64,000 bases of DNA. Origin: Eledone cirrhosa (taxonomy: Eukaryota). Shown in pieces: positions 24,960-38,174 of the stretch. Made by a program: the position numbers and the translations under genes. The notes under the pieces are model-generated. The model was given only the letters and a program-made list of their open reading frames with translations, did no database searches and was not told where the DNA came from. Where the stretch lies: NCBI GenBank assembly GCA_964016885.1, contig OZ024740.1:147560001-147624000 (forward strand). The letters run 5' to 3'. Each line of letters starts with the position of its first letter. The first letter of the stretch is position 1.

Positions 24960-27830
24960 AACTACCAATCCCTTCTTTCCTTACGCCTGAGCCAGGCCCA
25001 GTTTACAACCGTTAAGAAACTCTTCCAGCTGCCTAAAAGGCGCGCCAAAGCCGGCTGCCAAATAAACTTCCTCAAACGGTGCCTGAATAACAACATCATT
25101 CCCAAAACAATAAAAAACCTGCGCCTACCAACATGCTTCAAATTACCAGGCCTCAAACGATCGCTTAGCTACATACACAAAATCTGCCTAAGAAAACTCC
25201 TACAACACCTACACCGCACGCTACAACAACACATACGGACAATTTCCAGCCTTGTACCGCAACTCGCTGAAACCCCAGAACCTCTGCTCGGAGTAATTTC
25301 CGCCGCTATAGACAGGTCCTACCACTATCGTCGAGATTACGAGAAAATACGCTTAAAGCAAACATTTCTCAAACTTAGCATGCTGACCGTCCTAACAACA
25401 ACCCAACTCTAAGCTACAACAGAGGCAAACATCGAACTTAGCGGCGCCCCGACCAACAACACACCTGACAGAAAACACCTCGTCACAGACTTGACAGGAT
25501 CCCTCTCCCGAGATGAACTAGACCTCCTCAGCCTGGGTCCCAAGTTCATATTAAAACAGAGACTGGACGACAAGTTATGGCTCGACATAGAAACGAAGTT
25601 CTGTCGGGCCGCCTACCAACTAAAATGGATATCGACCCTCGGCAACAACACCACGGAATCTAACACAACCAGATTCCTGATATACCAACTGGACCGCCCA
25701 TTCTGTCCACCGCCTGCCAATCGCGAGCTAGAAGAAAAACTTTCGAGGCTAAAACATTCCGTATTTAACATCTTACGGAACCAGTGGAAGATAGCCCCAA
25801 ACCTCTCCAGGACGCAACAACTCGCCCTGAAGAACCTGCGGAATAAGGAACTCATATACTTACCATCCAACAAAGGGAAAGAGTTTTGTGTCATCTCTCA
25901 AGCCACATACAACAACCTAGCTTTTGAACACTTAAGCGACAACAAACTGTATACAGAGGTCCCGGACATAACTGCAGCCCGATCGAAAAACGGGCCAATT
26001 CCATTTGGTTCGACATCTGTAGGAGAAGACAACTCCCAAATAAATTTAAGTCCAATTACATCACTAGAAATAGCAGACTGCCCACTTTCTATCACCTCAT
26101 TCTATCACCTCATCAAGACCCATAAGAATAGTACTAAGACACAAATAAGACCCATCGTCTCTAGCATAGAAGGGCCCCTATACAAAATTTCCTGGCTCCT
26201 CTCCCAGGTCCTCAAGCCTTTACTCTCCACCTTTCCCGGGCATGTCAGTAGCTCCGACGAGGTTATACGTAGACTACACCAACTCCAGCCAGAACAACTT
26301 AAACTCAATAAATACGCCTTTAGCCTCGACGTGTCTCCCTCTACACTACTGTCCCCTGTTGATTTATTGACGGACTGCGTGATCGCCGAAGACGTCCACT
26401 GCTACGGCCTCCATCCGACGTACATACACCAGCTTTTGTCCTTCACGGTGGACAACACATAGTTCACCTTCCACCACCACACATACAGACAGACAACAGG
26501 ATTACCCATGGGATCCAGCCTATCGGGCCTGCTGGCCATCACTTATATGAACCAGCTGGAATGCCGAGCCCTCAACACCTGCCATTCCTATACCTTCTTC
26601 ACCCGATATGTAGATGACATACTCATCCTTACATTATCCCGTGAAGAAGCGAATAAAATATACATGACATTCTCCAGCATGGACGCCAATATAAAATTCA
26701 GCATGGAACACCCCGATGACAACGGATCCCTATCCCTATTAGACTTCTAACTCAGAGTAACAGAGGAAAGCGACATCCACACCTGCTCTTATAAAAAAAG
26801 CCGCCAGCAGGGACCTGTTCGTCTATTTCAGGTCAGCCCTCCCACTCGGTGCTAAGTTCGGATGCATAAGGAACGAACTGACACGTATCCGGAACAAATG
26901 CACCGACGCAAGAGACCGAGACACACACACCACACACTTCCTGGAAGTACTTAAACTGAACGGATACCCGACGTCCACCGTGAACCGTGCCAGGAGCAAC
27001 AGAGGACACCACACCCGAAGCACTACCACCTGCTTCCTGAAGCTCCCACACTTCAGTGACGAAACAATAACAGCTATCAGCAGGACTATCACACGAGAGG
27101 GACTAGATGTCCAGCTAGCCCACTCAGGACCTTCCCTACGCGGACAGATAGCCAAGAGACACTCCACCAGAAAGACAGCCACTGCACGCTGGCCAACTGC
27201 CCCATCGACGACACAGATCTATGCCACCAGGCATACGTCGTCTACAGATTAGAGTGCGACAAATGCAGCAATTTTTACATAAGTAGCACCACCAGACCAC
27301 TTCACATTAGAATAAAAGAACACCTCAACACTAATGCTTCCTCATTTAAGAAACACCTAGTGAAATGTAAAAACATCAACAAAAACAATAGTTAGGATAG
27401 AAGCTAAGGAAAGAAACCTCAGCAATTTTAGAATTAAAGAAGCACTAGTTATAGACAAAATGCAACCACCAATCAATAATAGATTAGAACTCAACACCCA
27501 ATTTTTAACATGATAGAGCATCTAGCCCCACATTTACATCTCCACGAATCCTCTCACACTCACACACAGACGCACACACACGCATGCTTACACCTTTACG
27601 TATTCTCTCTCTCTCTCACACACACACACACTTAGACATACATGTCCAAACCCTTCAAAAGGAGACAACTCTTTATCCACTTAAGCTGCACTCTTTGACA
27701 TTAGAAGTAGAATGGAATGTTATACTACTTCCGGTCAGCATGACTTGACAACCTACTAGGACACTGGATCAACCCCTTTACTTTCCTCAGACGAAGAGAT
27801 ATAATCTCGAAATATCAGGATATGTAAATC
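24960..27830 (+). mobile_element. Near full-length, frameshifted PLE (RT plus C-terminal GIY-YIG)
   Basis: LLSLGPKF, FYHLIKTHK..IRPIVS, AFSLDV, GLPMGSSLSG, FTRYVDD, LSLLDF, VVYRLECDKC..FYISST; stop near 27511. Confidence 0.92.
27777..27828 (+). ncRNA. Hammerhead motif (core CAGACGA, one substitution) in the 3' pLTR of the PLE
   Basis: UUUAC..CCU-CAGACGA-A-GAGAU AUA AUCUC-GAAAUAUC^AGG..GUAAA. Confidence 0.55.
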
Positions 27831-27869
27831 AATTAAGGTAAAAGACTAAATAATCAGTGCTATCTCATG

Positions 27870-28800
27870 GGCATATTTCTACATCAATGGAGAGAAAGCG
27901 ATATTAAATAGAACAAAAATCTGTTATCTACTATAGAATTTCTTATTTGAACTGATTTTCGAGATGTGTGGTGCTACAAAACAACCATTCACCGTATTCA
28001 TAGTTTTCTCTGGATAGCTTTCGCGCCAGTTATAGTTCAAGTATGGTCAGATCATCACAAGAAGCGTTCATCATGCATTTTCTTTTTATAATTTCATATA
28101 ATAATATAACCATTCTTCTTTAAACTAGTGATTCTGCACATACAATTCAGTTATTTTTCAGCGATTTTTGAGATCTCGTTTCCTTGAAGCATTATTAGTA
28201 TGTATATATGTGGAAAGCCCTATTGTTTGGAACTCTTTCACACAAAAGAAATCTAAGGACATTTCCAAATATTTCCATCTTTGCTATATTATCCAGTAAA
28301 GCACGCAGTTTCAGGTTAAAACCATTTGCCACTAAATTTGGTCTATCTGGCGCGGTCTGTCCTGAAATAAATTCTCTTTGATTTCAAACTAAGAAGCATT
28401 TCTGATCAGAGTAACAAAGACGTATTTTCTTAATATAGTCGTAGCATCATGGTATCTTCTCATATTTCTTGGTAAGCTTTGGAAAAAAAACCCAGTCAAA
28501 TTACTGTCCGGTCAGTTTGGCCCGCATTATGTTTGCTTAATCATTTAAGTGATCAATAAAATATCGTTATTACTCGACTTTCAAATCCTGTCGCTGGCCT
28601 TCTTACAAAGTTTAAATTGTTAACTTGAACATACAAATGGGAACCAACAGCCCACTGCTAGAAATGATCCCGACATGCAGATTTGGATTCTACTTTTCGG
28701 GCCTCTGTCGAAAGAAGTGAGCTTAGGTCATATGATCCATGTTTGAATTAATCAGCGGCGTACCATTTATTCGCGGGTTGAAGCGGAAATCACTATGGAA
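27870..28800 (-). pseudogene. Possible highly decayed DNA-transposase remnant (hAT-like C-terminus)
   Basis: Minus-strand peptide scraps such as YGEWLFCST and NIAFLSID recall hAT dimerisation motifs. No intact ORF. Confidence 0.25.
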
Positions 28801-28853
28801 TGGAGACTTCTCTTCATAATTCCGAAATACTATAGCTATCTTATCCCCACCCC

Positions 28854-28901
<48 letters not shown>

Positions 28902-29030
28902 TGTAGGGTTGCAATTAAATGAGTCCGTGGGTGGTATGCCGTTTGAGCACTCGATGCCCGCGCATGTATATATATATATACACACACACATATATATATA
29001 CACATACATACACACATATATACACACACT

Positions 29031-29096
<66 letters not shown>

Positions 29097-29309
29097 CATA
29101 CATATATACACACATAGATACATATACATACATATATACACACATAGATACAGATGCCTACATATACACTCATTTACTCATGCATACATCTCCATACATA
29201 CACACACGTATATATATATATGTATACACACATGCATATATATGCACACACACATACACATACATACACACGCGGATATACATACATATATATCTACACA
29301 CATACACAC

Positions 29310-30510
29310 ACACGTACATACGTACACATACATACGCTCTCTACCGTCTCTCTGAGTGTAATGTGGGTACCGCAAACATTCAAAACATAGGGTGAAAAAG
29401 AGTAGAGTGAAATAAAGTAAAATAATATAAGGTAAAATAAAAAATATAAAGTAAAATAAAAAATAAAAAATACAATATAATAAAATAAAATAAAATAGAA
29501 TACAGTAAGGAAAAATAAAATATAGTATATGCAACGATGTGAGGACACATCCTGAGGATGTCTGTCTGTGTGTGTGTGTCTGTGAGTTTGAATCGCTAAA
29601 TCTGAGAAGTACCCAACCGATTTTTTTCAAACTTTAAATGTGTATTACTTATGTTTCAGGGAATGTTATGCACATAAAATTCAACTTTTTGATCCCCAAG
29701 GCTCGAAGTAGGTGAAAAATTGCGTTTTTAAGCTTTTTAGGGTTTTTTTGAGGCGTTACGTCAGACCGATTTCCTTGAAATTGTAACTATGTGTTAGTCA
29801 GTCTCTTCTACATACGGTGAGCAAAGAAAATCCAACTTTTTTATGGCCTAGGGCCCGCATTAGGTGAAAAACTTTATTTTTTCAGCTGTTTAGAGCTTTT
29901 TGGAGGCGTAACGTCTAGCCGATTTTCCCTAAATTTCAAGGCATATTATGCACATAAAAAAATTTATTTTCTTGATCCCCTAGGGCCCGCATTAGGTGAA
30001 AACCTGCATTTTTCCTGCTTCATCGAGGAAAATCTTAAAGATTATCCAGCTATCAAAGTATTCGATTTATTTTCTTTACATATTGTCCAGGCATGCAATT
30101 TTTCCACGATTAGGTCTGTTGGCGGCTCGCGTTCCAAAATACCTTATCCCGTGCAACGCCGGGTACCACTGCTAGTTCTAAATAAAATACAATATATGCA
30201 ATATATCCCCTTGTTCGGGGATCGACACAAATATATAGAATGTGACATCATACCATTGCATATATTGTATTTTATTTAGAATGTGTTATACATCGTTGCA
30301 TATACCGTATTTTATTTTTCCTTACTGTATTCTATTTTTTTTATTTTATTGTATCTTTTATTTTTTATTTTTTATTTTACCTTATATTATTTTACTTTAT
30401 TTCACTCTACTCATTTTCACCCTATGTTTTAAATGTTTGCGGTACCCACATTATACTCAGAGAGACGGTAGAGTGCGTATATATGTGTGTGTATGTACGT
30501 GTGTGTGTAT
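29310..30510. repeat. Diverged inverted repeat whose left arm is split by a Helitron
   Basis: 29340-29540 plus 30176-30202 mirror 30254-30470. Confidence 0.8.
29553..30175 (+). mobile_element. Non-autonomous Helitron-like element (family of 39089-39630 and 54961-55542)
   Basis: GGATGTCTGTCTG 5' region; 3' CCCGTGCAACGCCGGG hairpin followed by CTAG|T. Confidence 0.8.
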
Positions 30511-30537
30511 GTGGGTGTGCATATATATGTATGTGTG

Positions 30538-30618
<81 letters not shown>

Positions 30619-30724
30619 TATAGCTAAAATAGAAAAGAAAAAAACAAGAACGAAGCGAAGAGGCAGTACAAAGTGTTAATATTAGGTTCACGCTTGAGAG
30701 TGGGATATATATATATATATATAT

Positions 30725-31152
30725 ATAAAATATTAAAAAAATAATGAATAAAACAATGAAACAGTTCCTTATATTAAACAAAAAAAGTTCATTATTTAAC
30801 GATCGTTTCTAGGATATATATGTGTTAGAATTGGCATGCATATTCAACAGATCTATGTACAAAATTATACAAAATTATACAAACTATCAAGATTAAATAT
30901 ACATACCAAACACACATATATGCCGTCTTCAGAAATAATTATTTCTGAAGACGGCATATATGTGTGTTTGGTATGTATATTTAATCTTGATAGTTTGTAT
31001 AATTTTGTATAATTTTGTACATAGATCTGTTGAATATGCATGCCAATTCTAACACATATATATCCTAGAAACGATCGTTAAATAATGAACTTTTTTTGTT
31101 TAATATAAGGAACTGTTTCATTGTTTTATTCATTATTTTTTTAATATTTTAT
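30725..31152. repeat. Perfect 428-bp palindrome with no loop
   Basis: Centre TCTTCAGAAATAA|TTATTTCTGAAGA at 30938/30939; the arms mirror each other. Confidence 0.95.
30938..31086 (+). ncRNA. Hammerhead motif with 116-nt stem II domain (mirror copy on minus strand 30791-30939)
   Basis: AUUAUUU-CUGAAGA-C-GG..AUAUAUGUGU..ACACAUAUAU..CCU-A-GAA-ACGAUCGU-U^AAAUAAU. Confidence 0.7.
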
Positions 31153-31839
31153 CTTGACTCTGTATTCCGTTTATCTTTCACCGAAAGTGATTTTTCATTG
31201 CATCTCTTCTTTCCATGATATCCGGAATACATTGAGTTCTTCATACGGATTGGACACTACCGTAAACTCTTGGTAGATTTATCTACATATATATATATAT
31301 ATATATATATATAGGTGCGTATATATATATATATGCGTATATATGCGTGTGTGTGTGTATGGAGATGTATGCATGAGTAAATGTGTGTATATATATATAC
31401 ATGAGTGCGTGTATATGTGTGTGCACACGTGTGTGTGTGTGTGTGTGTGTGTGAGTATTTGAGCATGTTTAGAAATGTGTAGTGGTATATATATATATAT
31501 ATCCTGTTTGATCTGTGTGAAATCCTTTTCTCGCTCACATCTCACCCATGTCGGATGGTCTGAATCTCCCGCCCATGAATTCACCAAGCTTAAGCTTACA
31601 GATATCATGTACATGTCTCTTCCTATCTTTCCGTTGCATTACCATCGTTGTTTGTTTACATGTCTCGCTAGTTTCAGCCTATTTTACTTATCCCAATAAC
31701 TTTATTTGTTATTGCTCGCACCAAATAGAGGTATATGATTTTTAAAGCGATGAAATACCAATGAAAGTTGGAAGATCACTGATGAAGGACTAATTTTATT
31801 CATATGTCACCCATGTGCAACCACGCAGCGCTCCATTTT

Positions 31840-31923
<84 letters not shown>

Positions 31924-32256
31924 GTCTGTGCCGAGACAGTAGTAATTTGGTGAGCAGCTTTGGGTGATTGACAGGCGATGACTGCAGCCAGTGGCTGAAT
32001 TTGGGTAGTCAAAGTATGGCGGTGACGTTTGAACTACTGAACCAATGAAAAGCCGTATTAACAGAATGATGTTAGCTGCTGCGGCTGGAACGGATGGAAT
32101 GTTTTGATTCAGATGGAATGCTTTGAAAACGTAAGATATATCTGAGGAACTTGCGATGCAGAATCGGGTTCGATTTATAACAGATCCTGCCTTGAGCTGA
32201 TCGTAAGTAATATATTAATAAATTGTGTTTTGATGCATTATTGATTCCTCGTTATC

Positions 32257-32306
<50 letters not shown>

Positions 32307-32422
32307 CGGCGATGAATTAGTTTTGCGAGGTTTTTTTTAATTTTTTATATGAAATCGTGTGTCGAAACAGATATTGTTATTAATTCTGGCAATATTACGC
32401 AAATATGACCCTCCCCAAATAT

Positions 32423-32484
<62 letters not shown>

Positions 32485-32669
32485 GTAAGTATGTATGTAT
32501 ACGTACATACATATATGTATACAGACGTACAGTAGCATGCAGTTTAGCCTACGTTTATTATAACGCCGGCCGCTTTGTTCGTTTGTTTGTCAACAAAGCG
32601 AACAGCCTGAATTTATGCCATACGGTGTTAAGGCAACCACGTCACCTTTTTGTTCAACACTGACACAGG

Positions 32670-32714
32670 AACGATGTACTAGTTTCAAGCTTGTTAGCTA
32701 TCATCAGCACCGTT
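32670..32714 (-). ncRNA. Mirror copy of the 33059-33103 hammerhead
   Basis: Exact reverse complement. Confidence 0.82.
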
Positions 32715-32780
32715 TACCCATCTGCCAGATAGTTGAACGTTCGAAAGTATATACTTTCCTTATGAAAATTAACGTGTATA

Positions 32781-32822
<42 letters not shown>

Positions 32823-33058
32823 TGCTACTGTACGTCTGTATACATATATGTATGTACGTATACATACATACTTACATTTAAGTAAGTGCCATACTAAGAG
32901 TGAGAAATGAAATTTCGTTTTCATTTTTTTTTCAACTAATCGTTTTCGGTATGCCTGACCGATTTAACTCACTCAATATGCAAATTAGGCTGCTCAGCCG
33001 TTAATTTTCATAAGGAAAGTATATACTTTCGAACGTTCAACTATCTGGCAGATGGGTA

Positions 33059-33103
33059 AACGGTGCTGATGATAGCTAACAAGCTTGAAACTAGTACATC
33101 GTT
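33059..33103 (+). ncRNA. Type I hammerhead with intact core
   Basis: AACGGUG-CUGAUGA-U-AGCU AACA AGCU-U-GAA-ACUAGU-A^CAUCGUU, with outer helix CUGGCA/UGUCAG. Confidence 0.82.
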
Positions 33104-33276
33104 CCTGTGTCAGTGTTGAACAAAAAGGTGACGTGGTTGCCTTAACACCGTATGGCATAAATTCAGGCTGTTCGCTTTGTTGACAAACAAACGAACAAAG
33201 CGGCCGGCGTTATAATAAACGTAGGCTAAACTGATGCGTGCATATATGTATGTGTACCTGTATGCATATGTGTATA

Positions 33277-33318
<42 letters not shown>

Positions 33319-33497
33319 TGCTACTGTACGTCTGTATACATATATGTATGTACGTATACATACATACTTACATTTAAGTAAGTGCCATACTAAGAGTGAG
33401 AAATGAAATTTCGTTTTCATTTTTTTTTCAACTATATATATATATATACATATATATGCACACACACACATACACACACACACATATATATATATAT

Positions 33498-33536
<39 letters not shown>

Positions 33537-33772
33537 TGTTTACATGAAGTATTGTGAGGTATCTAACGATTAATAAAGTGAGTGTCGAGAAAGCTGAGAC
33601 AATGCGAATAGAAATAGGAAGATGTGACTGGGTGAAAAAGAATAACAAAACATAACAAAAATGTTTTTACCCTATTTATTTCATCGAGGTATTTCAAAAT
33701 GAAAACCTTTTCAAATTACTAGCAATAAACGTAGAAAAACGAAACACTTTTCTCTCACAAACCTTTCTTGTG

Positions 33773-33869
<97 letters not shown>

Positions 33870-34189
33870 AGTGTGTGTTGAAGGAAAGTAATGCGCAGAC
33901 AAGTTTAACAGCCAATCTGATCCACGTGGCTCTGATGTATTAACGGTGCTCACCATAAGTTTGTTTATAATTCGTAAATTACCCAGATTCCTTTCCATCT
34001 CGTGTGTCACACTTCTTCAGTTTTCTTTTGACTGAGGAAGCCCCATGGTCATGCATTATTTGATCCAGACAGTGCTTTCAATGTATGAGCTATCACAGTT
34101 TCTGAAAATGACTCTGTAAATCAAATAGGTTCATGCACATTTCCGTGTTACTGATGGCATATGCATATACATATACATATGTATGTTAT

Positions 34190-34925
34190 CTCTTTCTCTT
34201 AATTTAGAGTATATTTTTTTGACCGGCCACCTTCCTGGTGGCAAGGTTGTAAAAGAAAAGAAATTGTCATCCCTTGAATCGCAAGAATGTTTTGCAAATT
34301 TTGAAGGTGCCAGCTATCGCAGCCATTTGTAGACTATGAATTAGGGAGCTGCGCTCTTTGTCCGCAAATCCAAGTTCAGTCATACTTTGGTCCAAGCGGG
34401 TTGGTATATAACCCGTAGCTCCAATAATGATGGGTATGAAGCTAAAGGTCTATCTTGGATACTGGATTTGTAAACTCCTCATCAATGGTCCGTAGATGTC
34501 CTCCTTCTCCTGTATTTTTCTGACAACGTTTACATCAAGTGGGCAGCTGATCTCCACAACAGAACACGTTTTCAATGTGTGGTCCCAAACAACAATATCA
34601 GGCCGGTTGTGCTTTAATTTGGTGGCAGTTTTTATTTTCAGGTTCCACGAGTATTCCTTAGTGCCATCTGTCTCAATATATTCCTCCTCGTTTGTTGTTA
34701 ATTTTGTTTTCCGAAGTGCGTTCCAGATGGTTCTAGCTATCCCATCGTGTCTCATGGGGAGGTAGTAGCGAGATGACATTCTTTCGCAGCTGGCAACAAT
34801 GTGGCTTACATCCTCAATCTTTGTTTTACATAGCCTACATTTATTGTCAGCTGATGGCCCTCCCATTTTGTGCAGCAGATATTTGGTAGGGAGTTCTTGT
34901 TCCTGTATTGCATAGAGATATCCCT
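34190..34925 (-). mobile_element. R4-clade (restriction-like endonuclease) non-LTR element, 3' fragment
   Basis: AIQEQE, CRLC..EDVSHIVASC, YYLPMRHD, HNRPDIVVWD, VEISCP, EKEDIY. Confidence 0.88.
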
Positions 34926-34935
34926 CAAGGTGTGA

Positions 34936-35650
34936 TGTATGTATGTATGTATGTATGTTCTTCTGGTTTTATAATTTCACAAATTTTTTTCCAATAGAAA
35001 GAGAGTCGGTTTCTAACATAGACACAAGACTCTCTCATTGGAATTAACACAACATCAACTAGGTAGATTATGTATGCATGCATGCATGTGTAGATATGGA
35101 TGTTATTGTATGTGTGGATGTGTATGTTTTGAGTTGTATGTGTGCATGTGTATATGCTTTGTATCTGTATATGTGTATATGCAATTATTAGATGCAACAT
35201 TTTTGGAATGTTTTACATATTTTTACTGTTCCATTAATGGATTGTACTTGTAATTTCCTAACTAGTTGTGTTCTTTCTGTTCCTGTGATGCCTAGCTTCT
35301 CAAGATTTGTATTGAGGCAGTTACTAACATACCCCAGTGCCCCAACAACCACAGGCATAAATCTGAATGTGTATTCAGGGTGGAGTATCTGCAGATTTCT
35401 CATTAGTTCTGCATAAATATTCTCCTTTTCGCTAATCTTTGTTATTATATTGGCATCTGCTGGGCAGCTAATTTCCACTACTGTGCATGCTTTCTTCTCC
35501 CTGTCCCATATCATAATATCTGGTCTGTTATGCCTGCATTTTATTGGGGTTTTTACTGGAACATTCCACCAGTACTCTTTCATATTATGTACATGGATGT
35601 CTTCCACATTGCTGTAGCTTTTAATGTGTTTATTATCGGGGCTATCTTTT
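34936..35650 (-). mobile_element. Second R4-clade 3' fragment ending in (CATA)n
   Basis: YWWN..HNRPDIMIWD..VEISCP..EKENIY..PVVVGALG; (CATA)n at 34937-34957. Confidence 0.88.
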
Positions 35651-36159
35651 GTACGTATGTATGTATTATCGGGGCTATCTTTTCTATATATGTATGTATG
35701 TATGTCTAGGTGAGTATGAGACGGAGTGTGACGTGCAGGAGGGTGTGTGTGGGTGGGGGGGTCTGGAGGCTGGGAGACCTTTCGCTGAAGTGCAGGTTTT
35801 TTTTTTGGGGGGGGGGCCTTCGGGATGTGTGTGTGGCGGGGGGGGGGGGTAACGATTTGGAGTCGTGTGACATGGGTGGTGGTTGGAGTTTCTTATGTGA
35901 CGGCTAACTGCGGACTGCTGAGGGGATTTGTAGCTGGGGCGTGGTTCCGGTCGGACGGAGGGTGGCCTCGTGGAGGGGCGGCGAGGTGGAGGGGCCGTTG
36001 GAGGCGGGAGACTGGCATAGAATGCTTGGAGGAATAGTGGGAGTGGACAAGGATATACAGCCGCTAAGGTATAGATAGGTAGATAGATAAATAGATAGAC
36101 TGATGCACAGATATCTAGATAGATTGGTAGAGAGATAGATACATAGATATATAGACAGT

Positions 36160-36209
<50 letters not shown>

Positions 36210-36630
36210 TTTACGTCCGCTTTTCCTGCTTGCAAGGGTGGCACGGGTCCTATTCAACACATCATCTCTCCACTTGTCCCCTCCTTCGTCATCTCCTCCG
36301 TGAGTTTCAGCGATCTGAGGTCTGCTCTCACCACCTCCGCCCATGTTTTTCGTGGTCTTCCTCTACTGCGTCTTCTTTCTACTGGGATTTCTTGGCATTT
36401 CTTTACCCAGCAGTCATCCTCCATTCGCATCACATGTCCATACCATCTCAGTCTTCTCTCCTGCACACTACAACTTATCCCTCTTATACACAGCTTCTCC
36501 CTCAACTCATCTATGCTTTGTCGTTCACGCACATTGACATTGCACATCCAATGGAGCATGCTTGCTTCATTTCTCTCCAGCCGTCGCATATCCTCTGCAG
36601 TTGTTGCCCATGTCTCACTACCATGCAGGA
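36160..36630 (-). mobile_element. RTE-clade LINE 3' fragment with (GAT)n tail
   Basis: LHGSETW..RRLRWYGHVMRM..RGRPRKTW; (ATC)n at 36160-36208 on the + strand. Confidence 0.9.
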
Positions 36631-37034
36631 GAAGGCAACTCAGGAAACTGGGATAACTCCGATATAAAACCTGCGGTTCAGTAGTTACCGAAGATGTTGA
36701 TCTTTTCTTCTTTTCGGGTTATAGCTACTGTCGCTCAGAGAGTGGGATAGGCTCTGTGCACAGTCTTTCCTCACTTTAAAAACTATCTTCACGCACAGGC
36801 AATGCACGATAGAATTAATTAATAATTATTAATAATGGTATATCGTGCAATGGCTATACTCGATAACGAGGTGGCAGCCATCATGTATGTATGTATATAT
36901 GTATATATGTATGTCAGGTCACCAGTTGGTGCTACTGGTAACATGTATTCCCGTACAACCTGTCCCATGGTCGTTGGCGACTAAACTGGCAACCCCACCA
37001 AGGTTTCTTGGTGAGGAGGGTGACTTTGCACATC

Positions 37035-37890
37035 GATAGATACGCCGGCAAACCCAGCGAGATCGGGAACCGGAGGCCAAGACCAGTCGGCTCGTGAGAG
37101 TCTGGAGTTATTGAAGCCTGGATCTGATGGTGGAGCGGATGGCCGGCGGGTGGATCGGTGACCAGAGGATGAGGACATCCTCTTTAGGGGCCACCTGTAC
37201 CTGGTGGAGAATGAACCGCACGTCCGAGACGGAGGTTGCAAAGCTCTCAGCTTCGTGGCTGACGTTCACCACCTCCGACTTAGCCAAGTTGACCTGGAAG
37301 CCGATTCCTACCAGGGAAGGAACCACCGATTGAAGGTCATGACAGACAGTCTGTACGGGTACCGCTCAACCTAGGATCATCCAGATACCAAACTTTGAGA
37401 GGGGCCGTGATACTCCAGGCAATGTGGTCTATACCAAGGGCAAACAGGAGGGGTCCAAAAGGGTCGCCCTGTTGGACGCCAGTGGCCGAAGGTATGACCG
37501 TATCAGCAGCAAGGAGCATGCTCAGGGCTCCATACGACAGGTAAGCCAGCGGGTAGGCAGAGGGGGGTCGGCTGAGGAAGGCTTCGAGTAGATGTTCCCG
37601 GCGTAAGCAGTTGAAGGTCTTCCTCATGTCAAGCTTCACAATGAAGTGCCTGGAGTCCCTGGATGCCGGTTCTGGTAGGCAGCTGTTGAAGAACTGCCTG
37701 GTTGCATTTGCGGCCCCCTCACAGCCACCGGACTCGCCGACACCCAGTTGCGCAGGACTGAAATCCTCACCAAGTTCGGGTGTTATGGACCTGCAGACCA
37801 CCTTGACAGCCAGCCTCCGGAAGACATTGCCCACGGCGATGGGGCGTGTGCCACCCTCTTTCTTCCTAAGAGCGACGAGGCTAGCCGAAT
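37035..37890 (-). mobile_element. CRE-clade non-LTR RT fragment
   Basis: KKEGGTRPIAVGNVFRRL, QLGVG..GGCE, KLDM..FN, GVQQGDPFGPLLF, WYLDD. Confidence 0.8.
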
Positions 37891-38118
37891 GTGTTCAGAC
37901 TTGGAGAGGGGCTCTGCCAAGTTTTAAAAATACCCATGAAAAGCGGTATGTCAATATAGCGCCCCTACGATCCGTCAAAAGTTAGAGGTCCATACATACA
38001 TATATATTTATATATATATATATATATAGTATAAAAGAGAAAACACAGGTAAGCATTCCTTAACTATATATATATATATTAAGAGAGTAAAACAAAGAAT
38101 CCTTTAATACATCAAAAG

Positions 38119-38174
38119 TTTTTATTAGCCGACAATGTTTCGTCCTATTAAGGACTCATCAGGGCAATCAAAAC
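38119..38174 (-). ncRNA. Canonical type I hammerhead ribozyme
   Basis: UUUUGAUUGCC-CUGAUGA-GUCCU UAAU AGGAC-GAA-ACA U UGU-C^GGCUAAUAAAA. Full consensus core, G10.1-C11.1 pair and GUC site. Confidence 0.88.

Larger units (their letters stand above)
32481..33433 (+). mobile_element. Retrozyme-like element, copy B (496-bp period; inverted arms about 32544-32772 / 33000-33232)
   Basis: Direct repeat 32820/33316, octamer at 32978, hammerheads on both strands. Confidence 0.75.

Noticed and set aside
21451-31152. All palindromes being assembly artefacts
   Set aside because: Several fold-backs have diverged or interrupted arms (2.1/2.9, 29.3/30.4, 40.4/42.2, 44.1/44.3 kb). The perfect ones still need read-level confirmation.
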